Source of the DNA: Trichoplax adhaerens
Lineage: Eukaryota > Animalia > Placozoa
Assembly (NCBI RefSeq): GCF_000150275.1
Contig: NW_002060946.1
Location: 2,995,454 to 3,059,453, forward strand
DNA length: 64,000 bases
Direction: 5' to 3'
Shown piece by piece: positions 49,965 through 64,000 of this stretch (its first letter is position 1; every line of letters starts with the position of its first letter). Position numbers and translations under genes: made by a program. The notes under the pieces are model-generated. The model searched no databases, had not been told where the DNA came from, and saw only the letters and a program-made list of their open reading frames with translations.

Positions 49965-52900
49965 ATGACTGACACCAGCTCATTAACTGATGAAGAATAC
50001 CTGGATAAATACAAGATACGCAGCATTCTACAAGTAAGTTTGTTGTTAAATTAAGGAATGTCTTTTCTCTAAAATGGTACTTGTCATTCAATGAATATCC
50101 TATTACCGATATGATCAATTACAGTAATATGTTGCTCTTCTTTCACTATTCTAAAGTGGTTGTGTTTATAATGCATAGAAAAAAGATACTTTGATTAATC
50201 CCCTGTCTACCTATACAATACTGATGAATTATCCATAATTCGATTAAAATTCCGTGATGATTATACATATCAATCTTTATTACGTTCTCCTATCTGCTAT
50301 TTCATCTTCGACGTTTTGGAGGCATAACCACAATCCTCCAGTAATTACAATCCGATACAAATCACTTCTTACTAGTTATTCGATACTGTCAACAGTATTG
50401 ACTAATGTAAAATCAATTAATTATTACTTAACAATCTACTAATTCCTTGGTACATCTGCGTCAACGCTGACAATATAGCAGTTAGACCCATGCGAAATTT
50501 GGTTCAAGGTGGACAGCCAACTAAATAATTATTGCTACAGTGATAAAACGATTGTCTTGAATAGTTTAAGAGTTCAATCCAATCCAAAGTTTTGAATCCA
50601 TTTTGTGAGTAAAATACAAGTAATAAATCACTTTCGTTAGCTTTCATTTACTATACTGTACATTTGCTTAAATAAATTATAATAATAATACCATTAATAA
50701 AATCCAGGTGCACTGTACAATAGTCGTGTATCGGTAATTATCTTGGAGCATTATTTCAAAATTTCTACTGCACCTACTCTTATTAATTAAGACATTATTG
50801 TACTGTAGATACTAGCGTTGCTACATGAAATCAAGCACATCATTGGGCAATACTAGAAAGATTCTGTTTTTGCCACCAAAGTTTAATCTTTTGATCCGTA
50901 CAAATCATTACACTTACTCAATTGCTAGTATGAGCAACCTACAGGATGTAGTTATTCGTCATTTTGCTATCGTATAACTTATTTCATGAATACGAGTACA
51001 ATTTCAGTGTTGCAGCTCAGTATCATTTTTTTTGACAACATTTTTGTTCTTGTGCTTTCTCTAAGTAAGATCTTGTTTTGCCTCTGTTAGTACAGATGTG
51101 CGCTTTTAGACAAGATATTATTATGATTTTATTGTTAATTCGTAGTTATTACAGTGGCAGTAGCCAACAAGAACGATTAATCCCACGGTTGAATATAAAT
51201 AGGTTATTATGATTTGAGACTCCGGTTGTAAACTTATTTGTATTTATTAGCAAATACTACAGTATACTGTATACCAATTAGAAATGATATATTACTAGAG
51301 GCAACAAAGTATTATTCAATGTAAACTATACTCATACATTGGATAATTTCTTGGGTAAATCTTATAAAATGACTGCATGCTAACTAGAGGGCAAGAGAAA
51401 TAATTCTTTTCATCTGATATAATTGTGCTACCGTAGTAAGACCTAATGAGCTGCAACTTTTAACAACTATACTACTGTACTGTACAGTTCGATTGGATAG
51501 TTGACTTATATATTAAATTAATCAGGTACTTTATTGCTAGTCCGCTAAAGTTGTAATTCTTCGTAAATTACGTTACTGTAGGTGACTTAAACACAGACCT
51601 AGTTCATAATCACAGGAAAACCGATACTTGCATGTGTAGGTAGATTAAATGGTGTAGTGTATTGACAAACTGAATGTTGGTGATCGGGTACAGAACTATT
51701 AAATCTCCTTTTCTACACGCTATTCACCTTTACGTTCACTCTTTTGCGAAAGTTCAATTTGTATTAGAAAAATAGAGGAATTGTTACGACCCCAAAATAG
51801 ATCCACGACCGGTAAATCTTATCGAATGAATTCAAATAGCGCATCAATTTGACTATTCAGATAATGCTTACGCTTTACGGTGATCTCAGATCGGCTCATA
51901 TCAAGTCGCCTTTACACTACTCTTTAACTTCTTAATTATTACCAGGTCTTAAGCCTATTTGGCTAATGTGCAGCTAACTATTCATTGAATTAGTTGATTT
52001 ATTCACAAGCAAGTCATTTACCTACAGAATGCAGTAGCTCATGACAAAATCAAGAAAACTCACTCAATTAAACACTTAACATATCGCGATGTACCTATCC
52101 ATAATACTGTACGTAAATTTATGTATTTATGTATACTACAGTACAACCAGTACTGTTCATGGTTTAACTACTGTATTGTAATTTTTTGAGACTTTCTTAT
52201 ATTTATTTATAATAAACTTGATCTGGCTGGCCATACGTAATAAATAAGAATACGGCACAATTAACGTGAACATATCAGGAAAACAAGTACAACTTATATA
52301 CCATCTTATTCGTATGATAAAATATTTTGCACTTTCCTATCAAAAGAGGTTGCCAAAAATTGTATTCTATCGGTTCAACTCTACCGAAAGGGTTGTAATG
52401 ATATTAGAAACTTTGTCGATCATAACGATGTCCTTTACCAGTGTATGATCTTTAGGAACATACGTAAGAACTGGCTACTAAAAATTCTTTTACATTTAAG
52501 GTTAAAATTATTCTTTTACTAGACCTTATTCCGACAAGTTCTTCACGATCGTCCTTCAAACCCTATCAGTTACTTTCAAAAATGTCTTCAAGAAGATCTT
52601 AAGGTGGGTAGTAAACTAAAACCATTTATCATATATTCTCATCAACATCACGCTAAATTTTTGATAATGTGGTTTCTATGAGGAATTGAATTCATCGCGT
52701 TTGAGTCGATAAATATCATAATTTTATCCTCTAATTACTAGCTTGAATCAATAGTATTCGTTGCAATCGGAGTCAGATCATTCTTTTTATAGAATACAAT
52801 ATCACAATATGCGTACTTTCTAAGAGCTACTGTTAGCTAGTATATTCTTTCGTTAAGTTATTTCCGTTAATGATATATTGACGAAAGCTTTACAGAAGTA

Positions 52901-55900
52901 ATTATTCCTAAGAAAACGTAAATTTTTTCGACTTTTCTTGCGAAATAATTAAAATATTTTGCACGTATGCGGTATTGATCTTATATTAACGTTATTCTTC
53001 TTTTATCTAAAATGCATTATTTCTTAATGCTCAATCGCTTCAATAATATAATTTTTATCTGATATTGGGCTTCTATCAAATATGAAGTGCAATTAAGCGA
53101 CTCAGCATCAAGCGTACAAAAATACGATACACTTGAAAACCGATTCAATTAATTAATTATAGCGAAGATTAATCATACGGTGTATTATTGAAAATTCGAA
53201 TTAATAATTAATTAATCAGTTGCGTAAATTTCAAAAACGTTAAAAATAGCAAAGGTAACTAACCACTATGAGTCCATTTAACGAACAGTAAGAACGTTCT
53301 CTTACCGAAGCACTTTAAAGTAATAAGAATTAGTCGTCATTTAACTATTTTGATATAAATTATTCTCGCTATTTACGACACTACGTTTGGGCTTATGATA
53401 AAAGAATTCATCATTATTTCATTTTATGACTCACAACGATTAATAATTAATCTACCTACGGTAGTACGTGTGCCTTGATCCTGTATCAATTCATACTGAT
53501 AAATACTAGAAAAGATGTATAGATTCTAAAACGCACTGTTTCATGTTATACTTGTAAGTGTAGTGCAATTTGTTTAATCCATGCAAATTCTAGATGGCGA
53601 TTACTCCAAGATTTGTTAGATTACTTGTGTTGAATATGTTCATATAGCTGAACAATCAACATCGTTTCATTGTTATTTCATAACAATCATTTTTGTAATT
53701 TGTTTTTTGTTGATCACGCGTATTTACCCTAGTGTAACATCATTGATATATGAATACATAAATGTCCGATTAGGAAGGACTATTGGATGAAATACGCGAT
53801 GGTTTTAACCACGATGGAAGGCATGATATTCCCCAGTTATTATTTCCTGTTGATGGAGGTAAGCTGAATAGTGTGATAAAATACCTTGCCTGGGATAGCG
53901 TTGATAAACAGATAACTGTTACAATTTGACATAAATTCGTAAGTTAAGAAATAACGTTAAAAATAGATTGCTTTCATTTTGACATTTGGTGGAGGTTTTT
54001 AATACTGAAGTGGAAATATTATGAAGCTAGATATTTTGGACACCAATATATAGTAGTACAGAATGAATAAGTTAATTAGGCACCAATACCTTTTCTGTAC
54101 AGGGATTGTTTGCGCTATGCATATGTATATGTTAACGTATTAACTTGCAAATGAGCTACTTTTAGTACCGACGCTATTGTGCGACCTACTTTAAACTAAG
54201 GCTTAACGTTATGCGTCATCGTACGAATATTGTTGCCCCAATATGAAGTCCTAAAATGTTATAGAGCTATACTGTAGTTTAGCAGCTAACCGTAAACTCA
54301 CATACTTAGTAAAGTTCTATTATTACTACACTGTTCAAGTCTTGTTCCATCGCTTTAATGATTTAGTTGAAGAAATGGTGTCAGGACCCTTCTTAGAAAG
54401 GATTGACTACTTCATAAGCATTTACCATCAATGGAATTAACACTGAACATCTTCATGACACTTTTTTAATTGACTGCTTATCACAGCTCTATTATGGGCT
54501 TTCATTCATGATTAATTATTATTATAATGATACTTAAATGTTTTTATCATGCAGTAATATTGTCCAAGTGTTTCTTGTATAACGCGCATGAGGTTAGACT
54601 GCTCACAAGTAGTAAAATTTAATAGGCAGTCACTAATTAAAGAAGGGAATTAAAGAACTAGTACTGATTTGAAGATTAAATGACGTTTATATAGCTATAT
54701 GGCTAAGAATTAATACACATAGTATTACAAAACTGTTGCTTTGTACTATATTTGGGGAGATTATGACGATATGTATGGGCATTGACCTGAAGTTTAATAT
54801 TATCTGTGTATTCATAGATAAATCGTACATCTAAAATACTAATTATTGTACTATACCTCAATATCTCTGTTGTTTTCAACTTGTTCTAAATTTACAACAA
54901 TAACAATAATGTGTAAATTGACTTAGTGCTTGTTTAAAGACTTGATATAACAGCTACAACACATCTCCATATTCTGTATTTGCTGTAAGAAATCTTGCAA
55001 AAAGGTCATATATACGTATTACGTACTCGTAACCAGTAACTGTATATCGTTAAATCCTAGTAGCAGACATTAAAAGTACGTACGCTAAAAGAAATACAAA
55101 AATTTAGGAGAATATTAAGACATTGTTAAAGTACCAGCACTCATGTTGTTGCTAATTGTAGACTATTAGCAAGCTGAATATGAAATACAAATTACAGTTA
55201 TAGATTACTGCTATGATGCTAGAATCATTAATATCCAAGATATTATTGTACTCATACTTTGATACAACTTACAAATTACGCATTGGAATCTATTGAATAC
55301 TTAATTATAATCATCTGAAGGTGATAGTACCTACTGCGAAAGATAGCATTCGTAAATGTTTAATTAAACCTTTTTCAGCCAATTATCAGATACCTGATGT
55401 CGAAATTCACCTGTCATAGTAATCTAGTTCAATGGTCATTCTATAACTAATGAGAAATCTATCCTTGCTATATCATAGAGCATTGAAATCTACAGCATGG
55501 AGCAAAGGGTTACAGAGTTGTGTCAGAATAACGTTTTTCAATCATAATTTACTGTAGATCTATCTAGGCGAGATTTTCGTTAATCATGTGATTTCATATC
55601 TATATAAACGCGTAAGTAATTATCTACAAGCCACTTTCAGCAACAATTAACGGAAGGAGGCATTAATAGATTTTAACAATAGTTAGTACATTACGTAACT
55701 ATTTACGAACACCAAAATAGATGGAGAAGATTACACCAATAGTTTTCAACTTAACCTTTCTGGAATTAATAAGTATAGTATGAGGTATTGAAAGATGGAC
55801 AAGTCGCGTTTTTGTTCCACTGATATGTCTGTACAATGTACGGATACAACTCTAATTTTAAGTAATGGTCCTGTACATTAGTTAATTATTGAATCGGAAA

Positions 55901-58900
55901 CGATCCATTTTTATTCTCCCGGTTTTCTCTCTTTTAGTAGCGTAGTCCTTGACAATATATGCATATCTATTGCAAAGATTGAAAGGAAGGCCATTGCGCC
56001 GATAGGGAGTTTAGCTTCCTTTACTGTTTTTTTGCGAGCCTGTTCATTCAATTTCAATGGAATATGTCGGCTTCGCAATAATTTACAAATCCCATTAGTT
56101 ATAATCGGATTACAATTAGACTCATAAAAGGACGCATCTATAAAGGTACTGTATATTGTGGGATTTTACTATAAATGTTACTCTACCTGTAAAAAACTAC
56201 ACAAATTCTATTTACACCCTCCGATCCTGAACCTTGATTTTTCCTCCACTCACTGAAGTCGTAACTTGTGATTCATGCTAAAAATCATCTTAGTAGTCTA
56301 AACAAAAAAAATTGCAATAAAGCGCTTGTATTTTTGATGTGATAGAAAGACATAAGAACGTAATATGGTATCTACTTAATTATGCTCTCCAGATTAAATA
56401 TGTTAAGTATTTTAGTAAGCTTAAAATAAATGATACTTTAGAGTAAGCTAACGTATATTATCAATTAGATTTGTGATAGAAGCTTTACAGCACGATAAAT
56501 TGATTAGAAGTAATTGATCTTAACACTCTTTTTCTCGCATATTGTCGCACGATTGCAGTATTGGATCACTTTTTTTGGATTACCTTTGATCATGCTTACG
56601 CTTTAATCTGATGTAGCATTTACATTACAATCAAACGTTAGGTGTCTGTTGTACTTGATCAAATTCAGATAGATAATTAGCCTACTGTAGATTTCGATTG
56701 ATTATGATTATTTATCTATTATACATCTGATTGAATACTTAATTTTCACATGGTGACCAGAAACTTACTAATAGCAACGCTTTAATTTCATACTAGACAG
56801 ATATCTACTTATAGTTGAGTTAGAGAGAATAATCAATTCTTTTCGTCTTTTTCTTTCCTTGTGTCATCATTAACTCTATTTTTATTGCTAAATATAGTAT
56901 ATTCTTAAAAATTAAACAGCATCTACGTTAGTCATGGTAACAACCGGAGTCATTTTTTTGTAGTACTGTAGTGCTTTCACAAACCGATATGCGTTACTGG
57001 ACCTTCATACATATCTAATTCTAAAAGTTACTTCGTAAGATCAGGATAATTTTATGCAACGAACAGACAATATTACCTTTCACTAATATTTTTTACTTTA
57101 TAATATTGTTTGCATGCACGAAATGTAAATTAATGTATCAATATGTTCACCTCATTGTTATCTAAATAACTGCTTATGTTTTCTCGCTTATTTTTTTCCT
57201 ATTGGTAATATTTTCGAATCCATTTAATTAGTACTTATTAAAATGGAATCAGATGTCTTTTAACTAATATTGACACTATTTCACAGCCTGTTGTAATACC
57301 TATTGAGCTCAAACCTGATATATAAGTTTATACGCACTTGTGTCCTATCATGTAATTAAACTACACAGATTGACATACCGTACGTTCATGGATGGTATGG
57401 AAGCATTTCATGCTTTAATGAATGATATTATGAATTACTTTTAATGGTAGCCATTTGATGGCTTGACAATTTTTTGCGTTATCATTTTAAGATACAACTT
57501 ATCAATAGTACAACAAAATTTAGACTTTTTTCGATTATTTACACTATCTGATGTCGTTACATTGCTAGTTAGAGTTGTAACCTTTAAATTCTTTTAAATT
57601 AAATAGTTCCTATCCTTTCTTTAGTGTCATTAATTGACCAGCAGGAATTGAGAATTCTCATAGTGTTTTTTTTAAATTAAGAAATTATGTTCTCTTATCA
57701 TATTTTAACTTATTTTTAAGGTGTTAGACAAACCGATAGCGTAGAGTTTACACCTAAAGCTAGACCTCATAGAAGATTTCGGCGCTTTAATAGCGAGGAT
57801 ATTTTCAGCGATATGCTGAGCAGAAGCTATGATCCTGATCAATTTAACAACGTTATCGATGCAAGGCATAAATTTATTAGTGCAGAAAATACACCTCAAG
57901 GTGCTTCGACTCCAACAGCTCAAGAAACCCACAATAAAGAGCGTCGAAGAAGTATGCCGGCGCGTCCCGCTTTACTCAAAGGATTTAATTTCGGTGGTTT
58001 ACATGAAACGCTAGAAGCAATTCGTAATAAATCCAGGTAGAAATTTTTATGTTCGTCAAACAAATGAATTACAAACTAACTGAATCAGTAAGGGCGCTTA
58101 TTATATTGTAATCCATACTATCTGATGGCATGCTTCACTGATATGTATGCGTAATTTCTCAAATCAGGCCAGTATATATTCCTATGCACTATTATTTTAT
58201 GATTAATGATATATAATTTTATATATAATTTATTCTTGAATTTGACAACCAGATTACAGATGATAATGTATCGTCATTAAACTATCTCTGTAGATGAAAA
58301 CCGAATATTTGGTCGCTCTACAATTAACTATTACAATTCGAGTACCTAGCGCAGCACATAATTCTAATGAGTCACAAAATTCTTGTTTCTTTTAGCCCAC
58401 GTCGCCTTTCACATGACACAACTCCTATCCATATCGGTGATGCAGAACCAAGTAGAGTATCAGTATCTGGGCTTAAATCGTGAGCAGTAATTAATCTCAT
58501 AACGACTCTGATTGCTAGTTTATAGTTAGTAATAGCAAATATAGTGCATTTATTATATCATCATTTAATGTATACAGACCTGCCTTAGAAGAGTTACCGG
58601 ATGGAGTCTTTGACTTTGTGGACGCAATGCCGTTTTTAATCGAAGCAACGGTACAAAAATTTAATTGTAAAATTGAATCTGAAATCTCATTACATAAATT
58701 GTAGATATTAGTAATAGATGATTCATTATTTCGGAGAAAGAATGGGAATAATAATTAAATATTGTAGTTTTGATAATCGGATGTGCGTCATAGAGAACTA
58801 ACTTTCTTACAACAAACTGAATGCTGCTATAGAGAGAATTTAAGGAGAAGGTTGTTGCTGCAGTTGAACCACGCTTCGTTAAGAAGAAGGAAATGATCAT

Positions 58901-61054
58901 CAAGTAAATTTACCATGCTATTGCTATCTTATGTAGATAGATGCAAGATAGTAAAATTAATTTTGATGCATATTTGAACGTAATCATGAAATATGTTTAG
59001 TATTCAGTAGTACTCAAAGTCTCACATCATATCAACTTGGTAATAATTCCGTCAATGCGTATGTTAATATAATATATGAATTTTGTGATTGTACAGGAAG
59101 GGAGATCTTGGCAAAGCGATATTTTTTGTAGCGCGCGGTTCGGTTGAAGGTATAATATTACTATATCGTTACTTTTCAATCCCATTAGTGAAATAATCCA
59201 CGATGATATTTTTCAGTCATTTCGGACGATGGCGAAGTCATTTACGCAGAATTAGCGGAGGGTTCCTTTTTCGGAGAGATTGGTATAGACCGGTGTTTAT
59301 ATCGATAGTTATTATCAAGCATAAATTGTGTCAAATATCAAACTTACGTATACCTTATATTATTAGTATAACTCAAACTATTATTCGGCCTGTGTATTTA
59401 AGCTAATTTTCTCTATGTATATTACTTTGACACCTTTACTTTTAGCAATTATGTTCGATATGCCGCGTACCTGTTCTGTTCGAGCTAGCACGAAGTTAGT
59501 GAAGTATCTTAAAACAAAGATCGCTTTTAATGTTAAATAATACATTTATCTCAAATATACGGTATGAGAAGAAATACTAATTTCATATCAATAATTATTA
59601 TTGTTTTGCAAAGCTGCATAATACTAGCTATAACCAGAGATAAATTTCGATCGCTATTGGAAGAAGATCCAAAGCTGAAAGATGTGTAAGTAATATCTGT
59701 CTGTTTATGCTGCAGTGTGTCGTATCTGTCCACTTAGTTTATAGACATGAATTAATAATAACAACTTTCGGGATGTTGTATCTCTAAATTATAGCGTAAT
59801 GACTGAAGCAAGATCAAGATTACTTAAATTTAAAAGTCACCTAACTAAAGAGTCAGAGAATTTTGGTGGAGAGTTTGAAATTCCCTCAATCGCTGAAAGT
59901 TTAAAAAATGTAAATTTAATGTTTATTTTCGAACTTATGATGATGTATTTCATGCTGAACATTTTATACCCTTGTAGATACCTTTATTCGAAAACTGCGA
60001 CCAAAAATTCCTGTATCAATTAGCTTTGCACATTAAACCAAGACTTGTCCAGGTAGATATGAAACACTATTTATGCAGCTGTTTTGACGTATCATTGTTA
60101 CCTATAAAGCACTTTATATGCTGATAGTCTTGTTAAACATATTCCGAATAATAGGCCGGAGAAATTATAATAAGTAAAGGTGAAATCGGTCGAGAGATGT
60201 TTTTTCTAGTGAGAGGAATGGTAAAGGTAAGGCAATGTGGTCGATTACAGACTTTCTCAGGCATTACAACATAACGTTGTAAGGGCTAACCGTTAACTTT
60301 TTATCAAGATTTTAGATTCTGAAACTGTTGCATTAGATGTTCAGGTCAGGCAATACTTCAAAATTATAATTTAATTAAATACAATTAATTGATGTTTCAT
60401 TGCTGAAGTGCTCGTGTAAATGTGTATGCATATTGTTATGTACTACTTTTTAGGCATCCGATAATAGTAATGTAGATAAAATATTGGAGGTGAGATTAGC
60501 ATCTACGAACTTTATTTTGTTAGGTTATTGTGCTACGATACTGCATTATTGCTCTTATAATTTTAAAATAAATTTCTACGCTTTTTCATTCTTAGATAGC
60601 GTCTTAGAATCAGTTGTACTATTGTACTACTAGATGCTTATACTCATAAATTTTCTTATTAATCTATGCTGTTGTATGATACGTTACATTGTAGGCTGGT
60701 GCCTTCTTTGGAGAAGTAGCATTGCTCTATAAAGTTCCGCGTACGTCATCAGTACAAGGTAGAAAAGACCTTTCTGTTAAACTGCAAATAGCGTTAACTG
60801 TTACCTGTTACAGTACTCAATAGCATTATTTTCTTTTATTATATATAGCTCTTACTTCGTGCGATCTATTAAGTGTATCGAAAGAATTATTTGATACCGT
60901 CCTGATAGAACATCCAGAACTAGGAGAACAAATCCAGCAAGCTGTATGCTTGTAGATAATTTTATTGAAGATCGTGTTTTATTTTTATGCTTATATCTTA
61001 CATGCGTAATACTATCGTACTTAGGGTCAACTACGATATGAAACAAGGCATTAA
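49965..61054 (+). CDS. Soluble protein with an N-terminal RIIa/Dpy-30-type D/D domain and two cyclic-nucleotide-binding domains
   Basis: In-frame exons 49965-50033 and 52523-52603 (EEYLDKYKIRSILQ/TLFRQVLHDRPSNPISYFQKCL), 53774-53858, 57721-58036, 58396-58479, then CNB-A (KGDLGKAIFFVARGSVE...FFGEIAIMFDMPRTCSVRA) and CNB-B (KGEIGREMFFLVRG...FFGEVALLYKVPRTSSVQA); stop TAA 61052-61054. Confidence 0.88.
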
Positions 61055-62994
61055 AATGGGTTTTCGAGCCAATAGAGATTCCGATAACTTCTATTCAAGT
61101 GTTGAATGTAATGTATATTTGATGCAATTTAAGTCGTAAAGCATTTCGTTTGTGAATGGTATCCAGTGGAAAGAAAGTGTACAAGCTGATTCGTAGAAAT
61201 TTGAGAGCCGATGCACTCCTGCGAATTTCATTTTTAATTTGAAAGGTTAAATTCAATTTTCATGGTGAAAGTCGTAGCCGATGAAAAATCCTTTCCTGCT
61301 AAATATTGTCTCCTCGATGAAGTCATAGCAACGACTACCGCTTCTACTTTAATATCAAGGATGTTCAAATCAATCGTAATTCTTTGCCATAAACTAAATG
61401 TTTTTATAAATCCGTGATTAATAATGCAAAAGTAATGTATAAGATATTTTAATTTTTTGTAGTATCTGAAATTGCATACTTATATTTTTAGTTTAATTAT
61501 TGTAGTAATAATAATTAATTAATCTGTTACGTGCATCGCTATGTTGTCTATATTGTGCTTCTATAAAACTATCATTAACATTTTCATCTATCGATAGAAT
61601 TCTAGAAGATGGTAATTTTTTCGGTTTATTATAAATATCGTAGTTAAAGTTCTTTTCTTCGCATTATAATGTGCCACGATGAATAGAAAATTTTTCGGTA
61701 TTAATATGATAATCATACAAGAAAGAGGTGCATCTGATGAGCAACAATTTATACGTCGAAAATGCGTGCGATATCCATTTTTTTTCACTTAATTTGTCAG
61801 GAAAGGTGTTAATATCGACATGTACGCGTATTTTGTCATTAATTACAGTAGTATATTTTAACCACCTCAATTTCAAAGAGATACAAATTGTCTTATTCCA
61901 AGATTGAAAAATTTTTTAAATTAACCTAAGCCAGTATTAATCTTAAATAAGTATATACTATATTCTATAGTATTACCATGATCATTAGATCAGTCTTGTT
62001 CGAGGGTTTGTGTTTGTAGACATATTCAAACGGAAGTGTTTCTCGACATTTTATTTCCAAATACCGAAGATAATTATCATCTGGTTAAGAATATCTAAAG
62101 TTAACAGTTTAAGTTGTTGAGTAGTTCTGTTAACGATTTTGCTAGTGCTGATCATAATGTAGTAATATTCACTTTTAATGACTTTTACAGTAGTACTGGA
62201 CTTTAGATACCTGATTTTCAATTATAACTATTTGTTATATCTGTCGTATGATTTTATAAGGTAATACTGCTGTGATTTTTAGTTCAAAGTAGATTGGAAT
62301 GAATGAAATGTTCTATAATTCTACATGCTACGTGTTGTAATCAAACCATGAATATCATATCCAATGGACATTGGCAATAATCACCTAGTTCTATAAAATG
62401 TCAAACGGCCTTGCTTGTTAAATAAAGCCCGCATATTCAAATCTGGAGATTTTGCCATTGATGTTGCTGCACACGAGAATACTTTTTATTTTAATGATAG
62501 ATTTGAGTTAATATACAGTATCTAATTACGGAATTACGAATTAGCTATCGTTTTCACTGATCTGAGAGACCGCTTGCACCTGTATGGCATAGTGTTGATA
62601 AATACTCGCATAGAGCGATTATTAGAATAGTTATGACAATCTTATCATCTCAGTTGCAAATAGTGCACCGTACACAGACATTGTTATAAGCTGAGAAAAT
62701 GTTATAAGGATATAACGAAAATATATAATACTGTACATGATTCCAAAAGTTTTACTGATTCTAGTAAGTGTATTACCGTAACGGCAATATATTTACTGTA
62801 CATATCTAGATGTGTACGAAAGGCGCAATAATGTATTCCAATTCTGCAATTTACTTAACGATATGATAAGAAAAGCGTTATATAACAATCGAAGTCATTA
62901 TGGCTGAGAAATAATAATCTGCTTTAAAAATTCAATTTTTCTATGATAAAGTACATCAAGTTTACGATTTCCAAGTATACGAACTTGCTCGGTA

Positions 62995-63882
62995 TTAATC
63001 AATTAATTCCGTGTCGTTTTCTCTCCTAGGTAGATACAAAAATTTAGATAGAAATCGGTAGTATTCAGGCGTAACGTAATCCTGCATCTCTTGACCAGTA
63101 ACCCATGCATAATCTTCAAGTTCTTCGGTATTTAGTACAATTTGTCCTTCGTTATAAAAAGTCTTATAAAAGAATACCTGGATAAGAAAAAAGAATAAAA
63201 TGGCATGAAAATTTTATGCAGTATACTTGTATTGGATAATTTTCCTATTCCAGTTAGAGGAGATGTATTTAAGATAGGAGTTTACTGTAGGTAGGAAATA
63301 TCGCCTACTTTATCATATTAGTTCTAAGTTGGAAGATACTTCATATAGTTCATAAACTATGAAGCAAAAATGAACATTTCTAACCTTAGCACCAACGTGA
63401 TCGCTTTGATAGTCTTTATGAAATTTATAAGTGTAGAGTGCAGACGGTGCGTTACTCAGAAATTTTACTGTTAACTGTTCGCCACATTCTTCTTTTAATT
63501 CACGTTCCGCAGTCTAATAACATTGTCATTTTGCAATAGTTCGTTATTCTATACGCATAATACTGTAGCCGTAAGACTAGAGTCTAAAATATGCTCTATA
63601 TAGACTTTAGTAGCAAATAGAAAACAACGCTATAAGTAACATTTATCGATGAAATCCTTTAACCTGTCGTAGTGACTCCTCTCCTTCATGTTGCCCTTGC
63701 GGCATTTGCCATGCATGTTGATGGCGTGATTTCTTAACTAATAAATAAAGACTCTCGGCTAATTTACGATCTAGGCTTTTCCTATCATCCTCTTCATCAG
63801 CCTGAGTTGTCCGACTAGCAGCTTGAAACGATTTCGCTTCTTCTTCTAACTCTTGTAACTCTGATTCAATTTCTTCTCTAGC
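62995..63882 (-). CDS. MRPL46: Mitochondrial ribosomal protein mL46, last three exons; 5' end lies beyond the window
   Basis: RTTQADEEDDRKSLDRKLAESLYLLVKK...WQMPQG...EESLRQ / TAERELKEECG...FLSNAP...GAK / VFFYK...DYAWVTGQEMQDY. Confidence 0.9.
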
Positions 63883-64000
63883 CTAATGAATACATCAAGG
63901 TGGATCAGCAAACTACAAAGACAGTTGTAAGATTATTCCCTATCTGATTGAGCTAGTTATCAATATGCATCGTGGTCGTAAAATAATGATTGTAGAATGT

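Noticed and set aside
51768-51811. Possible extra exon in intron 1 of the CNB gene
   Set aside because: Contains TAG in the required phase and is not frame-preserving
57388-57394. Possible alternative first exon (ATG GAT G|GTATGG) giving a D/D-less isoform
   Set aside because: The phase fits the 57721 exon, but such a short match is expected by chance without transcript data

Overview
AT-rich, intron-dense animal genomic DNA with short GT-AG introns. Gene content and the abundant ACAGT/ACTGT pentamer suggest a placozoan such as Trichoplax (inference, not verified). Spliced genes reconstructed by eye, in order: KDM5 histone demethylase (+); phosducin-like PhLP1 (+); capping protein alpha (-); four tandem ARH3-type ADP-ribosylhydrolase genes (+; one with an out-of-frame start, one canonical, one with a D77N-equivalent change, one pseudogene); ISY1 (-) head-to-head with PIBF1 (+); an unnamed soluble protein with a D/D domain and two cyclic-nucleotide-binding domains (+); and the 3' part of MRPL46 (-). 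Main leads: (1) mixed TA[CAG/CTG]TA arrays look like stacked Tc1/mariner-type excision footprints, and paralogous copies in the window differ by single 5-bp CAGTA units at TA sites; (2) a PKA-R-like protein with channel-type, cGMP-signature CNB domains and two candidate mutually exclusive 36-nt exons; (3) a diversifying ARH3 cluster with a perfect CRE upstream of every copy; (4) KDM5 PHD3 lies out of frame with its exon. All alignments were done by eye.
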